Assembly (NCBI GenBank): GCA_965552055.1
Contig: CBEVQO010000010.1
Coordinates: 1 to 64,000 of the forward strand
DNA: 64,000 nucleotides
Direction: 5' to 3'
Origin: an uncultured bacterium
GTDB lineage: Bacteria > Hydrothermota > UBA3073 > NMUJ01 > CBEVQO01
Program-made: the position numbers and the translations under genes
Notes under the pieces: generated by a model
The model's input: only the letters and a program-made list of their open reading frames with translations
Told to the model about the DNA's origin: nothing
Database searches by the model: none
Shown here: positions 41,436-50,451 of the stretch, one piece after another
How positions within the stretch are numbered: position 1 is the stretch's first letter
Layout of the letters: every line of letters begins with the position of its first letter

Positions 41436-41942
41436 TCAATAATTAATTAGCACGAATTTTCTTATCGCATTGAACTTTTCTGTACGCATCACTACGAAAT
41501 AAATACCAGATGGCAGTTTCTTAAGGTCTAAATTCAATATATAACAACCTGCTTTCTGATTTTCGTTTACCAGATTTTTTATCAATCTCCCTGTTATGTC
41601 ATACATTTTTATCTCTACTTTTGATGTTTTAGCCAATCCATATCTTATGGTTAATCTGCCTTTCGTAGGATTGGGATACGGCATGCTCATAAAAAATCGC
41701 TTTATATCATCTGGTTTCTCCTTGATAGCGACTATTTTTATCGTTTCATAAGTATAAAAACCTGCCTGTTCTATGTAACCTGTATCTTTTGACTCGCCTG
41801 TTATAGATTGTGCTCCTGCAAATTTTAAAAGGAAGCTGTCAGAATTTGCACTCCCGCCGAAGCCTGAAAATGTTGATTTCAGCAGGATATATTGTGCATT
41901 CAGGATATTGCTTAAAAATATCAGTAAGATTAATTTTTTCAT
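41436..41942 (-). CDS. Small exported protein with T9SS-type C-terminal sorting domain
   Basis: Signal peptide MKKLILL..LNA; PYPNP...YDITGRLI...LPSGIYF. Confidence 0.8.
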   Translation of the reverse strand: MKKLILLIFLSNILNAQYILLKSTFSGFGGSANSDSFLLKFAGAQSITGESKDTGYIEQAGFYTYETIKIVAIKEKPDDIKRFFMSMPYPNPTKGRLTIRYGLAKTSKVEIKMYDITGRLIKNLVNENQKAGCYILNLDLKKLPSGIYFVVMRTEKFNAIRKFVLINY

Positions 41943-41971
41943 TTTACCCCCTTGATGCCTTCTATCCATAT

Positions 41972-43888
41972 TTACTTTGCAAATTCAAACCGCTTGTTTT
42001 CAAATCCCTTGCGCTTTGCCACTACTCGGTAATCAAATTCAACATTGGATCTACCACCTCGTAATTCAATCACATCAAAACCGGTTTTACCTTTCACTAC
42101 ATATACACCATTGCAATCGCCATTAAGCTGAATGAACACTCTCATGGGATGCTTTTCATCAATTGTAACTGCTTTCAAAAATGTCGGATCAAGCTCTATG
42201 TGAGCCCTGCCGTTTACAAGTTTGCCACTGCCAAAATCTTCCACCCATACTTCTGGGCTTTCCTGACAATAAATAAGGCGCTTTTTGCCATCAATCGTAA
42301 CAACAGCATTTTTTGCACCTGTCACCACCAAATTACCCTGAACAAGAAGACCACCAACAATATGCAAGGTAGATTCAGGTGAAGTGGTGTTGATTCCGAC
42401 TTTCATGCCTGATGGAGCGTAGAATATCACTGCATTTGAAACAGAGGTAGAGAAATTACTACCAAACCCAAATGAAGTATCTCCTTTGACTCTAACTTTA
42501 TAACCTGTTGCAAAAGAGTAAGCTCCTGAAACAGTATCACTATATCCACCTGGTACTGTAGCACAGTAACCGAGTGCAGCGTTATAGTATCCGCCACTTA
42601 CTGTTGAGCAAAAATTGCTTGCAGTATTGCGGTCTCCGCCACCTACTGTTGCATAGTATGCACTTGCAGTATTTAACTGTCCGCCTCCTACCGTCGATTT
42701 CACACCACTTGCAGTATTATAATATCCACCACTTACTGTTGCACACGAGCCACTTGCAGTATTAGACTCTCCACCACTTACTGTTGCGTGCCTGTCACTT
42801 GCAATATTAGACTCTCCGCCTCCTACTGTGGCATATGATGCGCTTGCTATATTATCACACCCGCCACTTACTGTCGCAGCCCACCTACTTGCAGTATTGG
42901 AATATCCACCGCCCACTACTGCAGCATCTCCACTTGCAGTATCACCCAATCCACCGCCTACCGTTGACCACCAGCCACTTGCAGAACAGGAGTCACCACC
43001 GCTTACTGTTGCATAGGGCGTGCTTGCGGTATTGTGGTACCCGCCACCCACCACTGCACACGAGTCGCTCGCAATATTATATTTTCCACCGCTCACTGTT
43101 GCGTGCCACCCGCTTGCAGTGTTATCGCCTCCGCCACTTACCGTTGCATAATCATTGCTTGCAACATTATTTCTTCCACCTGATATTACACAATAAATGT
43201 GATTTTGTCCTGCAGCACCTGTAGTGCAGCCGACCCCGAAATTGATATGAGTATATCCGCTATCTCCATAAAGCACATTTGATTGACGCATCGCCAGTCC
43301 ATAATTAGAAGAAGGATAAAGAATATTGCCAATGAGAATCCAATCTTTGTCTGTCTTCGCATAATTAGCTGTATCTGCATATATTGCGTTATGCGCTACA
43401 CCTGCCGAATCCACATAGTTTATATTTGTTACCACTGCATACTTCGCTGTATCTGCATAGGTAGCAGTATCTGCACGATTTGCCTGTAATACCTCACCCA
43501 TCACATTCGCACCTGTCACATAGTTTGCAGTATCGGCAATAATAGCTCGTATAGCATAACCAACTGATACCAATTTTTTGCGAGGTAAAAGTGTTTCATC
43601 ACCTATTTTTATCTCAAGCCAGAGAGAGCCACTTGTGAAGATGTCCGCTGGTAGAGGATTAACGCTACCGAGTATCACATTGAACACCCCTCGTGTTACC
43701 TTTACATTTGTATGTGTTTCAGTCCATAGCACTGTGCCTCCTGTTTCTGCATCATAGAGTGTGAATGTCATGTCGAAAGTGCCTGTCACACCCGTAGTGT
43801 CGGTCGCCCTGCCGAGCCATCCCTGATAGTTTATTTGATGAGGAACACTGGCTACAAAAAATACGACCGCCAATACATACGCCATCAT
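41972..43888 (-). CDS. Secreted fibre/adhesin-like protein with 15-aa beta-roll repeats and a C-terminal chaperone-like domain
   Basis: VPHQINYQG N-domain, ADTA repeats, 15x V(S/G)GGxxNTASxxxAT, ESPEVWVEDFGSG...FDYRVVAKRKG; ATG 43888 after AGGAGG. Confidence 0.75.
   Translation of the reverse strand: MMAYVLAVVFFVASVPHQINYQGWLGRATDTTGVTGTFDMTFTLYDAETGGTVLWTETHTNVKVTRGVFNVILGSVNPLPADIFTSGSLWLEIKIGDETLLPRKKLVSVGYAIRAIIADTANYVTGANVMGEVLQANRADTATYADTAKYAVVTNINYVDSAGVAHNAIYADTANYAKTDKDWILIGNILYPSSNYGLAMRQSNVLYGDSGYTHINFGVGCTTGAAGQNHIYCVISGGRNNVASNDYATVSGGGDNTASGWHATVSGGKYNIASDSCAVVGGGYHNTASTPYATVSGGDSCSASGWWSTVGGGLGDTASGDAAVVGGGYSNTASRWAATVSGGCDNIASASYATVGGGESNIASDRHATVSGGESNTASGSCATVSGGYYNTASGVKSTVGGGQLNTASAYYATVGGGDRNTASNFCSTVSGGYYNAALGYCATVPGGYSDTVSGAYSFATGYKVRVKGDTSFGFGSNFSTSVSNAVIFYAPSGMKVGINTTSPESTLHIVGGLLVQGNLVVTGAKNAVVTIDGKKRLIYCQESPEVWVEDFGSGKLVNGRAHIELDPTFLKAVTIDEKHPMRVFIQLNGDCNGVYVVKGKTGFDVIELRGGRSNVEFDYRVVAKRKGFENKRFEFAK
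42515..43187 (-). repeat. About 15 tandem 45-bp coding repeats
   Basis: Recurrent ccacc/gccacttactgttgc...cttgcagtatt units. Confidence 0.85.
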
Positions 43889-43911
43889 AACACCTCCTTC
43901 CTGAGGCACTT

Positions 43912-43975
43912 AACACTTCCTTCTTGCCCGAGAAGAAAGTGTTTTCAAATTATAACTGCGATACCACGATGTCAA
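43912..43975 (-). promoter_or_regulatory. Promoter TTGACA-N15-TATAAT followed by a 13-bp 5'-leader hairpin
   Basis: tgtcaa 43970-75, attata 43949-54; hairpin 43912-43943. Confidence 0.7.
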
Positions 43976-44022
43976 ATATTTTTTTGAAATTGTTGACAAT
44001 TCTATAAAATGTTTATTAATTT

Positions 44023-44325
44023 GTGATGGAAACGAGATTGAGGTCGATAATGAAAGCAATAAGCTGGCGAGTATGCGCTATTATAGTCCTCATAATAATT
44101 TCCTATTTCGTGACCCATAGCTGGAAAGAAGTTACTTATATTACAATCCTCTATCATGGTTTTCAGATTTTCTTTTATTATGTTCATGAAAGATTATGGA
44201 CGAAAATACCCTGGGGCAAGAAAAAGCATCCACTGTCTGACCTTCCAGTGAAAGAGAACATAACAAAAGAAGACCTGAAAATAATTGCTCAAAAACTTAA
44301 AGAACTTGGATACATTGAAGATTAA
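44023..44325 (+). CDS. DUF2061-domain small membrane protein
   Basis: ETRLRSIMKAISWR, YYVHERLWTKIPWG. Confidence 0.85.
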   Translation: MMETRLRSIMKAISWRVCAIIVLIIISYFVTHSWKEVTYITILYHGFQIFFYYVHERLWTKIPWGKKKHPLSDLPVKENITKEDLKIIAQKLKELGYIED

Positions 44326-45407
44326 AAAATCTTTAAAGATTTCTCTTTTATCAATGTTTTGAATTTATAGGGATATTCTATTTGTAGCTCTTTTTTACCG
44401 CAGGGTGGCTCATCAGGGTATGGACAATTTATGCAATCTGCTGTGCAATCAATTTTTACAAATTCTCCTTTTTCATTTTTCACAAATACATAACTTCTTT
44501 CTGCACCACCACAATGCCTTATGTTCTTAGAATCAAACTCACGGGGTAACTCCTGACAGACAGAATATGTTAATCCCAAACTCTCTGTGTAATTCCTTAA
44601 ATGTGTGTGTATCTCCTCCCTTAAGCGCCTCGGTAACATATATCTTCCTTTCTCACATGGCTTATAATATTTCAATATTGTAAACTTGCGATGACGAAAA
44701 GGAGTTTTCTCAAGATGCTCAATAAATCTGTAAAGTGAATCCGAATTAAAATAACATGTTGAAGTTATTACATGTTTTATTCCTATTTCCGCCATCTTTT
44801 TAATAAGCCATTCTGCTTCTGAAATCTCTGTAAGACCATAAATTATGGGGTCAACCCTTCCTATCACTTCTATCCCCATGTTATGCAATTTTCTCATAAC
44901 TCTTAATCTTTCTTCAATTTTTGAAGCATTTGGACTTGTTACTATCTGCTTTGATGGAACTGTTTCCACACTAAATTCAATATACCAGTAGGGATAATTT
45001 TTTAGCTGGGGCACTTCTTCAATAAGCCATTCCGCACCTTCTGCATTTTTTGTAACTATTCTAAAACTTACACCATATTCCATTAAAATTTTAACTATCT
45101 CTTTTGTAATTTCTCTTACTTCTTTTAGAGGTTGAAGCACATCGCTCACCTGACTCAAGTAGAAAGGCGGTGCTATATCTATTTTTTCGAGTTCTTCTCT
45201 CAATTTTTGAGGCACATTTTTATAAATTATTATCTTTTCTTCGCTCCATGGATATGCTTTTGCATAGCACATTGGACAATTATGGATGCATGAACCAGAG
45301 TGAGTTACGGAAATGAGAGCCGTATGAGGGCATTTGCGACCCTCACGGGGATACGGAAAATCATGAATTACATTACCTTTTAAAATTCTATATTCAATTT
45401 CTACCAT
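44322..45407 (-). CDS. Radical SAM protein (spore photoproduct lyase-like clade)
   Basis: CIHNCPMCYA, SDVLQP, IVTK, RVDPII; Cys-rich C-terminus. Confidence 0.8.
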   Translation of the reverse strand: MVEIEYRILKGNVIHDFPYPREGRKCPHTALISVTHSGSCIHNCPMCYAKAYPWSEEKIIIYKNVPQKLREELEKIDIAPPFYLSQVSDVLQPLKEVREITKEIVKILMEYGVSFRIVTKNAEGAEWLIEEVPQLKNYPYWYIEFSVETVPSKQIVTSPNASKIEERLRVMRKLHNMGIEVIGRVDPIIYGLTEISEAEWLIKKMAEIGIKHVITSTCYFNSDSLYRFIEHLEKTPFRHRKFTILKYYKPCEKGRYMLPRRLREEIHTHLRNYTESLGLTYSVCQELPREFDSKNIRHCGGAERSYVFVKNEKGEFVKIDCTADCINCPYPDEPPCGKKELQIEYPYKFKTLIKEKSLKIF

Positions 45408-45488
45408 TCTAAATTTATTCTAATTATGATTTCAATAAGTCAATAAAACTTTTTCTTGACTTTTTATGTTGATGAATATATTTTATTG

Positions 45489-46439
45489 ATGAGTAAAGCA
45501 AAAACAATCTTCAAAGAGCTGTCGTTATTCCCGATAAATAGAAAAGAGGCATTCCTTAAAAGGTTGAAAGGTAAAAATCATAGATATAAAAGGTATTTAG
45601 GCTCTCCTTTGCGCTATGCCGGTGGTAAAAGTTGGGCTGTAGGCTATATTATAGAAAACATCCCTGAAAATATCCCGAGATTAATCTCGCCTTTTTTCGG
45701 AGGAGGTTCTGTAGAAATAGCCGTAGCAAAAGAATTAGGAATAGAAGTAATCGGGTTTGATATTTTCGACATTCTCGTTAACTACTGGAAAGTACAAATT
45801 GAGAAGCCTTATGAGTTATATTTAGAATTAAAAAAATTAAAACCCACAAAAGAAACTTATGAACAAGTAAAAGAAGAATTAAAAAAACACTGGAAAGGCG
45901 AGAAGACATTACCCCCTTTGAAATTAGCAGCATATTATTACTTTAATCATAATCTTTCTTATGGTCCTGGTTTTCTTGGCTGGATGTCGAGTGTATATGC
46001 TAACGAAAAAACATACGCTAACTTACTTGAAAGAGTAAAAAATTTCAATGTAAAGAATATAAAAGTTGAATGTGCTTCTTTTGAGGAAGTTATTCCGAAA
46101 TTTAAATACGATTTCCTTTATTGCGACCCACCCTATTATCTTGGAGAAGACAGTAAATTATTCACAGGACTTTATCCGCAGAGGAATTTTCCCATTCATC
46201 ACAATAATTTTAACCACGCGTTGTTGAGAAAACTTTTATTAGAACATAAAGGTGGGTTTATCCTTTCATATAATGACTCACCTACAATAAGAGAGTGGTA
46301 TAAGGATTTCAGAATAATCGAAATTCCGATTCGTTATACAATGGGGCAAGGTGAAACAAGAATTGGTGTAAATCGCAAAAAAGAAAACAGAGACCATACA
46401 AAAACAGCAATTGAATTGCTTATAATTAAAGAAAGATGA
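45489..46439 (+). CDS. DNA adenine methyltransferase (Dam/D12 class)
   Basis: SPLRYAGGKS, SPFFGGGSV, YCDPPY, LSYND; ATG 45489 (TTG 45456 is the -35 box). Confidence 0.9.
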   Translation: MSKAKTIFKELSLFPINRKEAFLKRLKGKNHRYKRYLGSPLRYAGGKSWAVGYIIENIPENIPRLISPFFGGGSVEIAVAKELGIEVIGFDIFDILVNYWKVQIEKPYELYLELKKLKPTKETYEQVKEELKKHWKGEKTLPPLKLAAYYYFNHNLSYGPGFLGWMSSVYANEKTYANLLERVKNFNVKNIKVECASFEEVIPKFKYDFLYCDPPYYLGEDSKLFTGLYPQRNFPIHHNNFNHALLRKLLLEHKGGFILSYNDSPTIREWYKDFRIIEIPIRYTMGQGETRIGVNRKKENRDHTKTAIELLIIKER

Positions 46440-47221
46440 CACACAAAAAGAAAGCAATGACATCAGAGAAAGCAAGGTATGTACGAAGAAAAGGACATGA
46501 GGATGCTAAAAAATTTGCTGAATTAATGGGAGGCGAAGAATATAAAGTTGAACCAACTGGTAAGCCAGATGTAATCGGACCGGGAGGAATCAGATTTTCT
46601 GTTAAAAGTGGACAGAAAAAATGGCAAATTTTTCTCTACTCTAAATCACGATTCCAAACGGATGAGAATTTCACAATGAAATTGGGAAATTTATTCTTAG
46701 AATGTATTGAATGCTTTCCTGAGAAACGAGAAGATTATTTAAAAGACAAAAGAAAATATAAACTGAAACTCATTAAACCTATGCAAAAAATCTGTGAAGA
46801 ATTACAAAATAAAAATACATTGCGATGGTTTTTATATAAAAGCTTATTCGACCAAGGTGTAGAATATCTCGTAATTAAAGAAAAAGAAAGGGATATTTTT
46901 CATGTCTTCCACAAATCTGATGTAATTAAAACATTAGCCGAAAATTTTAATGTCGTAAATTCAAAAGCAAGAAGAGAAGGTGAAGTTGATGCTCAAAAAG
47001 TTGTTTTCAAAATCAAAATTAATGACAAAGACAAGACTTGCGGTGAGATTGAAATGCAAAATGATAGCGAAGTCCATTATAGAGAAATCAAATTCTGGTT
47101 AGATAGAAACTTAACCTTTGAATTATTAAAATCTAAAATTGGAAATTCAGAAGAAATTAAAGAAAATATTATCTTTTATGGAGAAGCGTCAAGTAAATTA
47201 AAAAAATTATTTAAAAAATAA
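46436..47221 (+). CDS. Putative type II restriction endonuclease
   Basis: ATGA-coupled to the MTase; KPDVI...FSVKS resembles a PD-(D/E)XK variant. Confidence 0.65.
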   Translation: MTHKKKAMTSEKARYVRRKGHEDAKKFAELMGGEEYKVEPTGKPDVIGPGGIRFSVKSGQKKWQIFLYSKSRFQTDENFTMKLGNLFLECIECFPEKREDYLKDKRKYKLKLIKPMQKICEELQNKNTLRWFLYKSLFDQGVEYLVIKEKERDIFHVFHKSDVIKTLAENFNVVNSKARREGEVDAQKVVFKIKINDKDKTCGEIEMQNDSEVHYREIKFWLDRNLTFELLKSKIGNSEEIKENIIFYGEASSKLKKLFKK

Positions 47222-47250
47222 AAAACAACGGATATATTTATTATACAAAA

Positions 47251-47934
47251 TTATCTCACTATACACTTTTTTACAAATCTACTTATTCTCTTTTTTATCT
47301 CTTCGAGTTCTTCGTCTTTGAATAATCTCGCCTCTTTTATTGATGGGTCAAGTGTTTTCACTGTTTGAGGCTTTTGTATCACCACAAGTTCTGCATCTTT
47401 TAACCATTTTTCCAGTTTATATGCATCTTCAATCTTGAAAAAATAGGGAAAAAGTGTCAATCTAAATTCATAGTTTTTACCACTATTTTTAACTATATTT
47501 ATACTTTCTTCTATTTTCGACAAATCAACTTTAACGCCCACAGCTTCACTATATCTATCTGGTGATGCTTTCACATCCATAGCGATGTAGGTAAGATATG
47601 GCAAACATTTTTCAATCATTTCGGGATTTGTTCCGTTTGTGTCTAACTTTGTTAAAAAACCTTTTTCTTTCACTTTCTTTAAAAAATCGGGCAAATCTTT
47701 ATGTAATGTGGGCTCACCTCCGCACACTACAACTGCATCGAGTAAATTTTTTCTCCTTTCAAGATAATCAAATACAAAATCTTCTGTAATGTCGGGTAAA
47801 TCTTCGTAGCCTATTACCAATTCTGGGTTATGACAATATCTGCATCTAAAATTACATCCTCCTGTAAATAAAACGCAGGATATTTTTTCGGGATAGTCTA
47901 TAAAAGATACTTTTTGTATTCCTTTGAAAATCAA
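47251..47934 (-). CDS. nrdG: Anaerobic ribonucleotide reductase activating protein
   Basis: SFIDYPEK, GCNFRCRYCHNP, GGEPT, LDTNG, YEFR. Confidence 0.9.
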   Translation of the reverse strand: MIFKGIQKVSFIDYPEKISCVLFTGGCNFRCRYCHNPELVIGYEDLPDITEDFVFDYLERRKNLLDAVVVCGGEPTLHKDLPDFLKKVKEKGFLTKLDTNGTNPEMIEKCLPYLTYIAMDVKASPDRYSEAVGVKVDLSKIEESINIVKNSGKNYEFRLTLFPYFFKIEDAYKLEKWLKDAELVVIQKPQTVKTLDPSIKEARLFKDEELEEIKKRISRFVKKCIVR

Positions 47935-48677
47935 ACCTTTTCTATCGTTATATCGCCGCCCGTAGTGCGTAGATTTAATTCTCCCTTTTTCTCACCCAGA
48001 ATGCCTTTTATCCTGTTTTCTTCTTTTATATCAAAGGTAAGTGGCAAATCGCATGTAACTTCGCCAAATCTTGCAAGTGCATCTATTTGCAAATTTAAAT
48101 TTTCACCAAGTTTTAAATTTATATCACCACCCACACAATGCAAAGAGCCTGAATTTATCTCCTTTAAAGATAAAGAAACATCTCCTCCCATTATTTCTGC
48201 TGTCAATCTATCAGTAATCAAATTGCCAGAAAGGTCGCCCCCTGTTATCATAATATCTAAATTCTTAACCTTTGGTGTCTCAACCTTTAAATCCTCAATT
48301 GCATCAATTATAACTTTTTCGGCTTCCCTTTTTGTATGGGTAATTCTACCATAAAACTTCATTTCTTTATCAGGTGAAGTATTGATATACACATCTCCAC
48401 CTGTTACCCTTATTCTTATTTCATCGGAAGGTGTCAAAGTTATTGTGTGTTCTTCTATTTTTCTGCCAAATTTCGCACCAACAAACTCAGGAAAGGAATG
48501 AAATACCGAAGATACTGTATCAAAAACATTTCCTATTGTAGTAAATATCGTCTCAAAAATACCTGTATGTAAACTTTCTTTTTCCCTCTTTTTGATTTTT
48601 TCTATAAGTTTTGCTGCGTCTTCAGGGGATAATTTTCCTTCTTTTACCATCTTCAAAATTTCCATTATTTCTTCCAT
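47931..48677 (-). CDS. SHOCT-like + DUF4097 beta-repeat protein
   Basis: ILKMVKEGKLSPEDAAKLI; repeated TGGD/MGGD strands. Confidence 0.75.
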   Translation of the reverse strand: MEEIMEILKMVKEGKLSPEDAAKLIEKIKKREKESLHTGIFETIFTTIGNVFDTVSSVFHSFPEFVGAKFGRKIEEHTITLTPSDEIRIRVTGGDVYINTSPDKEMKFYGRITHTKREAEKVIIDAIEDLKVETPKVKNLDIMITGGDLSGNLITDRLTAEIMGGDVSLSLKEINSGSLHCVGGDINLKLGENLNLQIDALARFGEVTCDLPLTFDIKEENRIKGILGEKKGELNLRTTGGDITIEKV

Positions 48678-48685
48678 TTTACCTC

Positions 48686-48949
48686 CTATCCGAATTTAAA
48701 AGGTGTTTCATAAAGTATCCATGAGGCAATTGCTCCAAACATCATGAGTGCAGATATCCAGCGCGCAAAGTCACCAAGGTCGGGTTTATCACCATGAAAA
48801 TCTTTATTACCGTAATAAAGACCGAATAACGATGATAGTGCTGTTAGCGCAAGAAAAACATCAGTAGCAGGCCGCATATTCTTAACAGAAAACCATGCCT
48901 GTGCCCAGAAAAACACAAAGCTTAAAATACCAAAAACAAAACCCAACAT
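48686..48949 (-). CDS. Small hypothetical membrane protein
   Basis: Three hydrophobic segments; SD GGAGGGG; promoter at 48971-48997. Confidence 0.65.
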   Translation of the reverse strand: MLGFVFGILSFVFFWAQAWFSVKNMRPATDVFLALTALSSLFGLYYGNKDFHGDKPDLGDFARWISALMMFGAIASWILYETPFKFG

Positions 48950-48993
48950 AACCCCTCCTTCCTACATTAAATTTTATCCAAATAACATGTTTG

Positions 48994-50451
48994 TCAATAA
49001 GAAAGTTTCCAGAAATAAATCCTTTTCTTCTCATGTTCTATATGCTTTTTCATATTATCGGGTAAGAAATCCTGTGGATAAATTCTTTCGTTAAAATCAT
49101 AAAAAATCAAATAATCATCAATTTGCTCCACTTTGAAACTTATGTTATTCTTTTTCAAATATTCTTTTAAAAATTTTTCTTCTCCTCTTCTGTAGATATA
49201 GAACACCCTTTGGGCGCTATCGACATCTTCTATATATTTTCTGTATCTCGCAACAAATACGGGACCTGAAAATGTTGAAACTTCAATCTCTTCCGATGTT
49301 AAAAATATCACAGGATAAGCAATATCATAAGTGGCATAGCCATAATGCAAATTTTTATCTTCTAAAAAATTTACGATTTGTTTAATGGGCCGTGAAATGG
49401 TTTCTTTTTTAATCTCAAAAAGATAAACAGAAAAATTCAAAATAAGAACAGGAATTAAAAGCAATTTCCTGCGTAAGTAAGAAACTAAGCAATACAGCGG
49501 AACATAAGCACCTATAAGATAACGAACCCTCTTCGAACAGAAAATTAAGAAAAACAGAAGAGTTAAAAGGAAATACAGAAATTTGAAATCTTTGTTGCGA
49601 TTCCTGTAAATATCATAAATTATGAAGCCGAAAATCGGAATGTTCAACAGGGATAAGATTAATAAAATAGAAGGCGAAAATCTGATATTTAAAAATTGTA
49701 AAATATTGGAGATACGCAAAGAAAAAGAATAACTGAAAAGAGTAGAAGGAGAATATCCTGCTAATGAAGCTACCAGAAATTTATAAGTCAGGAAATCACA
49801 TGTTGTATTGCGTATAAAAACAGGAAGATGACCCAGAAAAATCCCCAGTAATACTACAAATATCTTCTTATACTCTCTTCTAAGTAAAATAAGAATAAGT
49901 GCTGATAAAATGAAAGACGCAGTTAGATAATTGAAATTTAAAGCCCATCCGGATAAAAAGCCATATAAAATATAAACCCAGATTTTATCTGAATTATAAA
50001 TTTTAAAAAACAAAATTGATAATATTATTCCCCACAAAACAGTAGCGATATGCAATTCTTTTAAACTGTAATAAAATAAGGGATAGCCCGACAATCCAAA
50101 AAGAAAAAGTGCTAAGTTATCTTTTAAAAGACACGCGAAAAGGAAAAAACCGATAAAGTAAAGAATGAGTGAGCCCAATTTTATCGCTATAATCTTATTT
50201 TTAAAAAATTTTATAAAAATTGAAGCAATATATGAATCAAGAGGGAAAAGCCATGCCTGACCATAGTAAAAGAGAGGAAAATGCCTCCCTTCTGCAATAT
50301 GAAGCGCTATAATGCCAGATACTGCCTGGTCAGCATCAATCACATCTTTAAATTTAAACAAAAGAAAAAATCTCAGAAAAATTGTTAGCAAAAATATTAA
50401 TGCGATTTTAATTCTTCTCTCAGAAATTTTCCCGTATATGATTTTTCGCAT
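48994..50451 (-). CDS. Membrane glycosyltransferase-like (GT-C) protein
   Basis: [14 protein letters not shown]...FPLFYYGQ, many TMs, YATYDIAY; start uncertain (overlaps uvrA). Confidence 0.65.
   Translation of the reverse strand: MRKIIYGKISERRIKIALIFLLTIFLRFFLLFKFKDVIDADQAVSGIIALHIAEGRHFPLFYYGQAWLFPLDSYIASIFIKFFKNKIIAIKLGSLILYFIGFFLFACLLKDNLALFLFGLSGYPLFYYSLKELHIATVLWGIILSILFFKIYNSDKIWVYILYGFLSGWALNFNYLTASFILSALILILLRREYKKIFVVLLGIFLGHLPVFIRNTTCDFLTYKFLVASLAGYSPSTLFSYSFSLRISNILQFLNIRFSPSILLILSLLNIPIFGFIIYDIYRNRNKDFKFLYFLLTLLFFLIFCSKRVRYLIGAYVPLYCLVSYLRRKLLLIPVLILNFSVYLFEIKKETISRPIKQIVNFLEDKNLHYGYATYDIAYPVIFLTSEEIEVSTFSGPVFVARYRKYIEDVDSAQRVFYIYRRGEEKFLKEYLKKNNISFKVEQIDDYLIFYDFNERIYPQDFLPDNMKKHIEHEKKRIYFWKLSY

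Noticed and set aside
42515..43187. Regular 45-bp repeats as a CRISPR array
   Set aside because: In-frame coding repeats with only a few variable codons, no unique spacers and no cas genes
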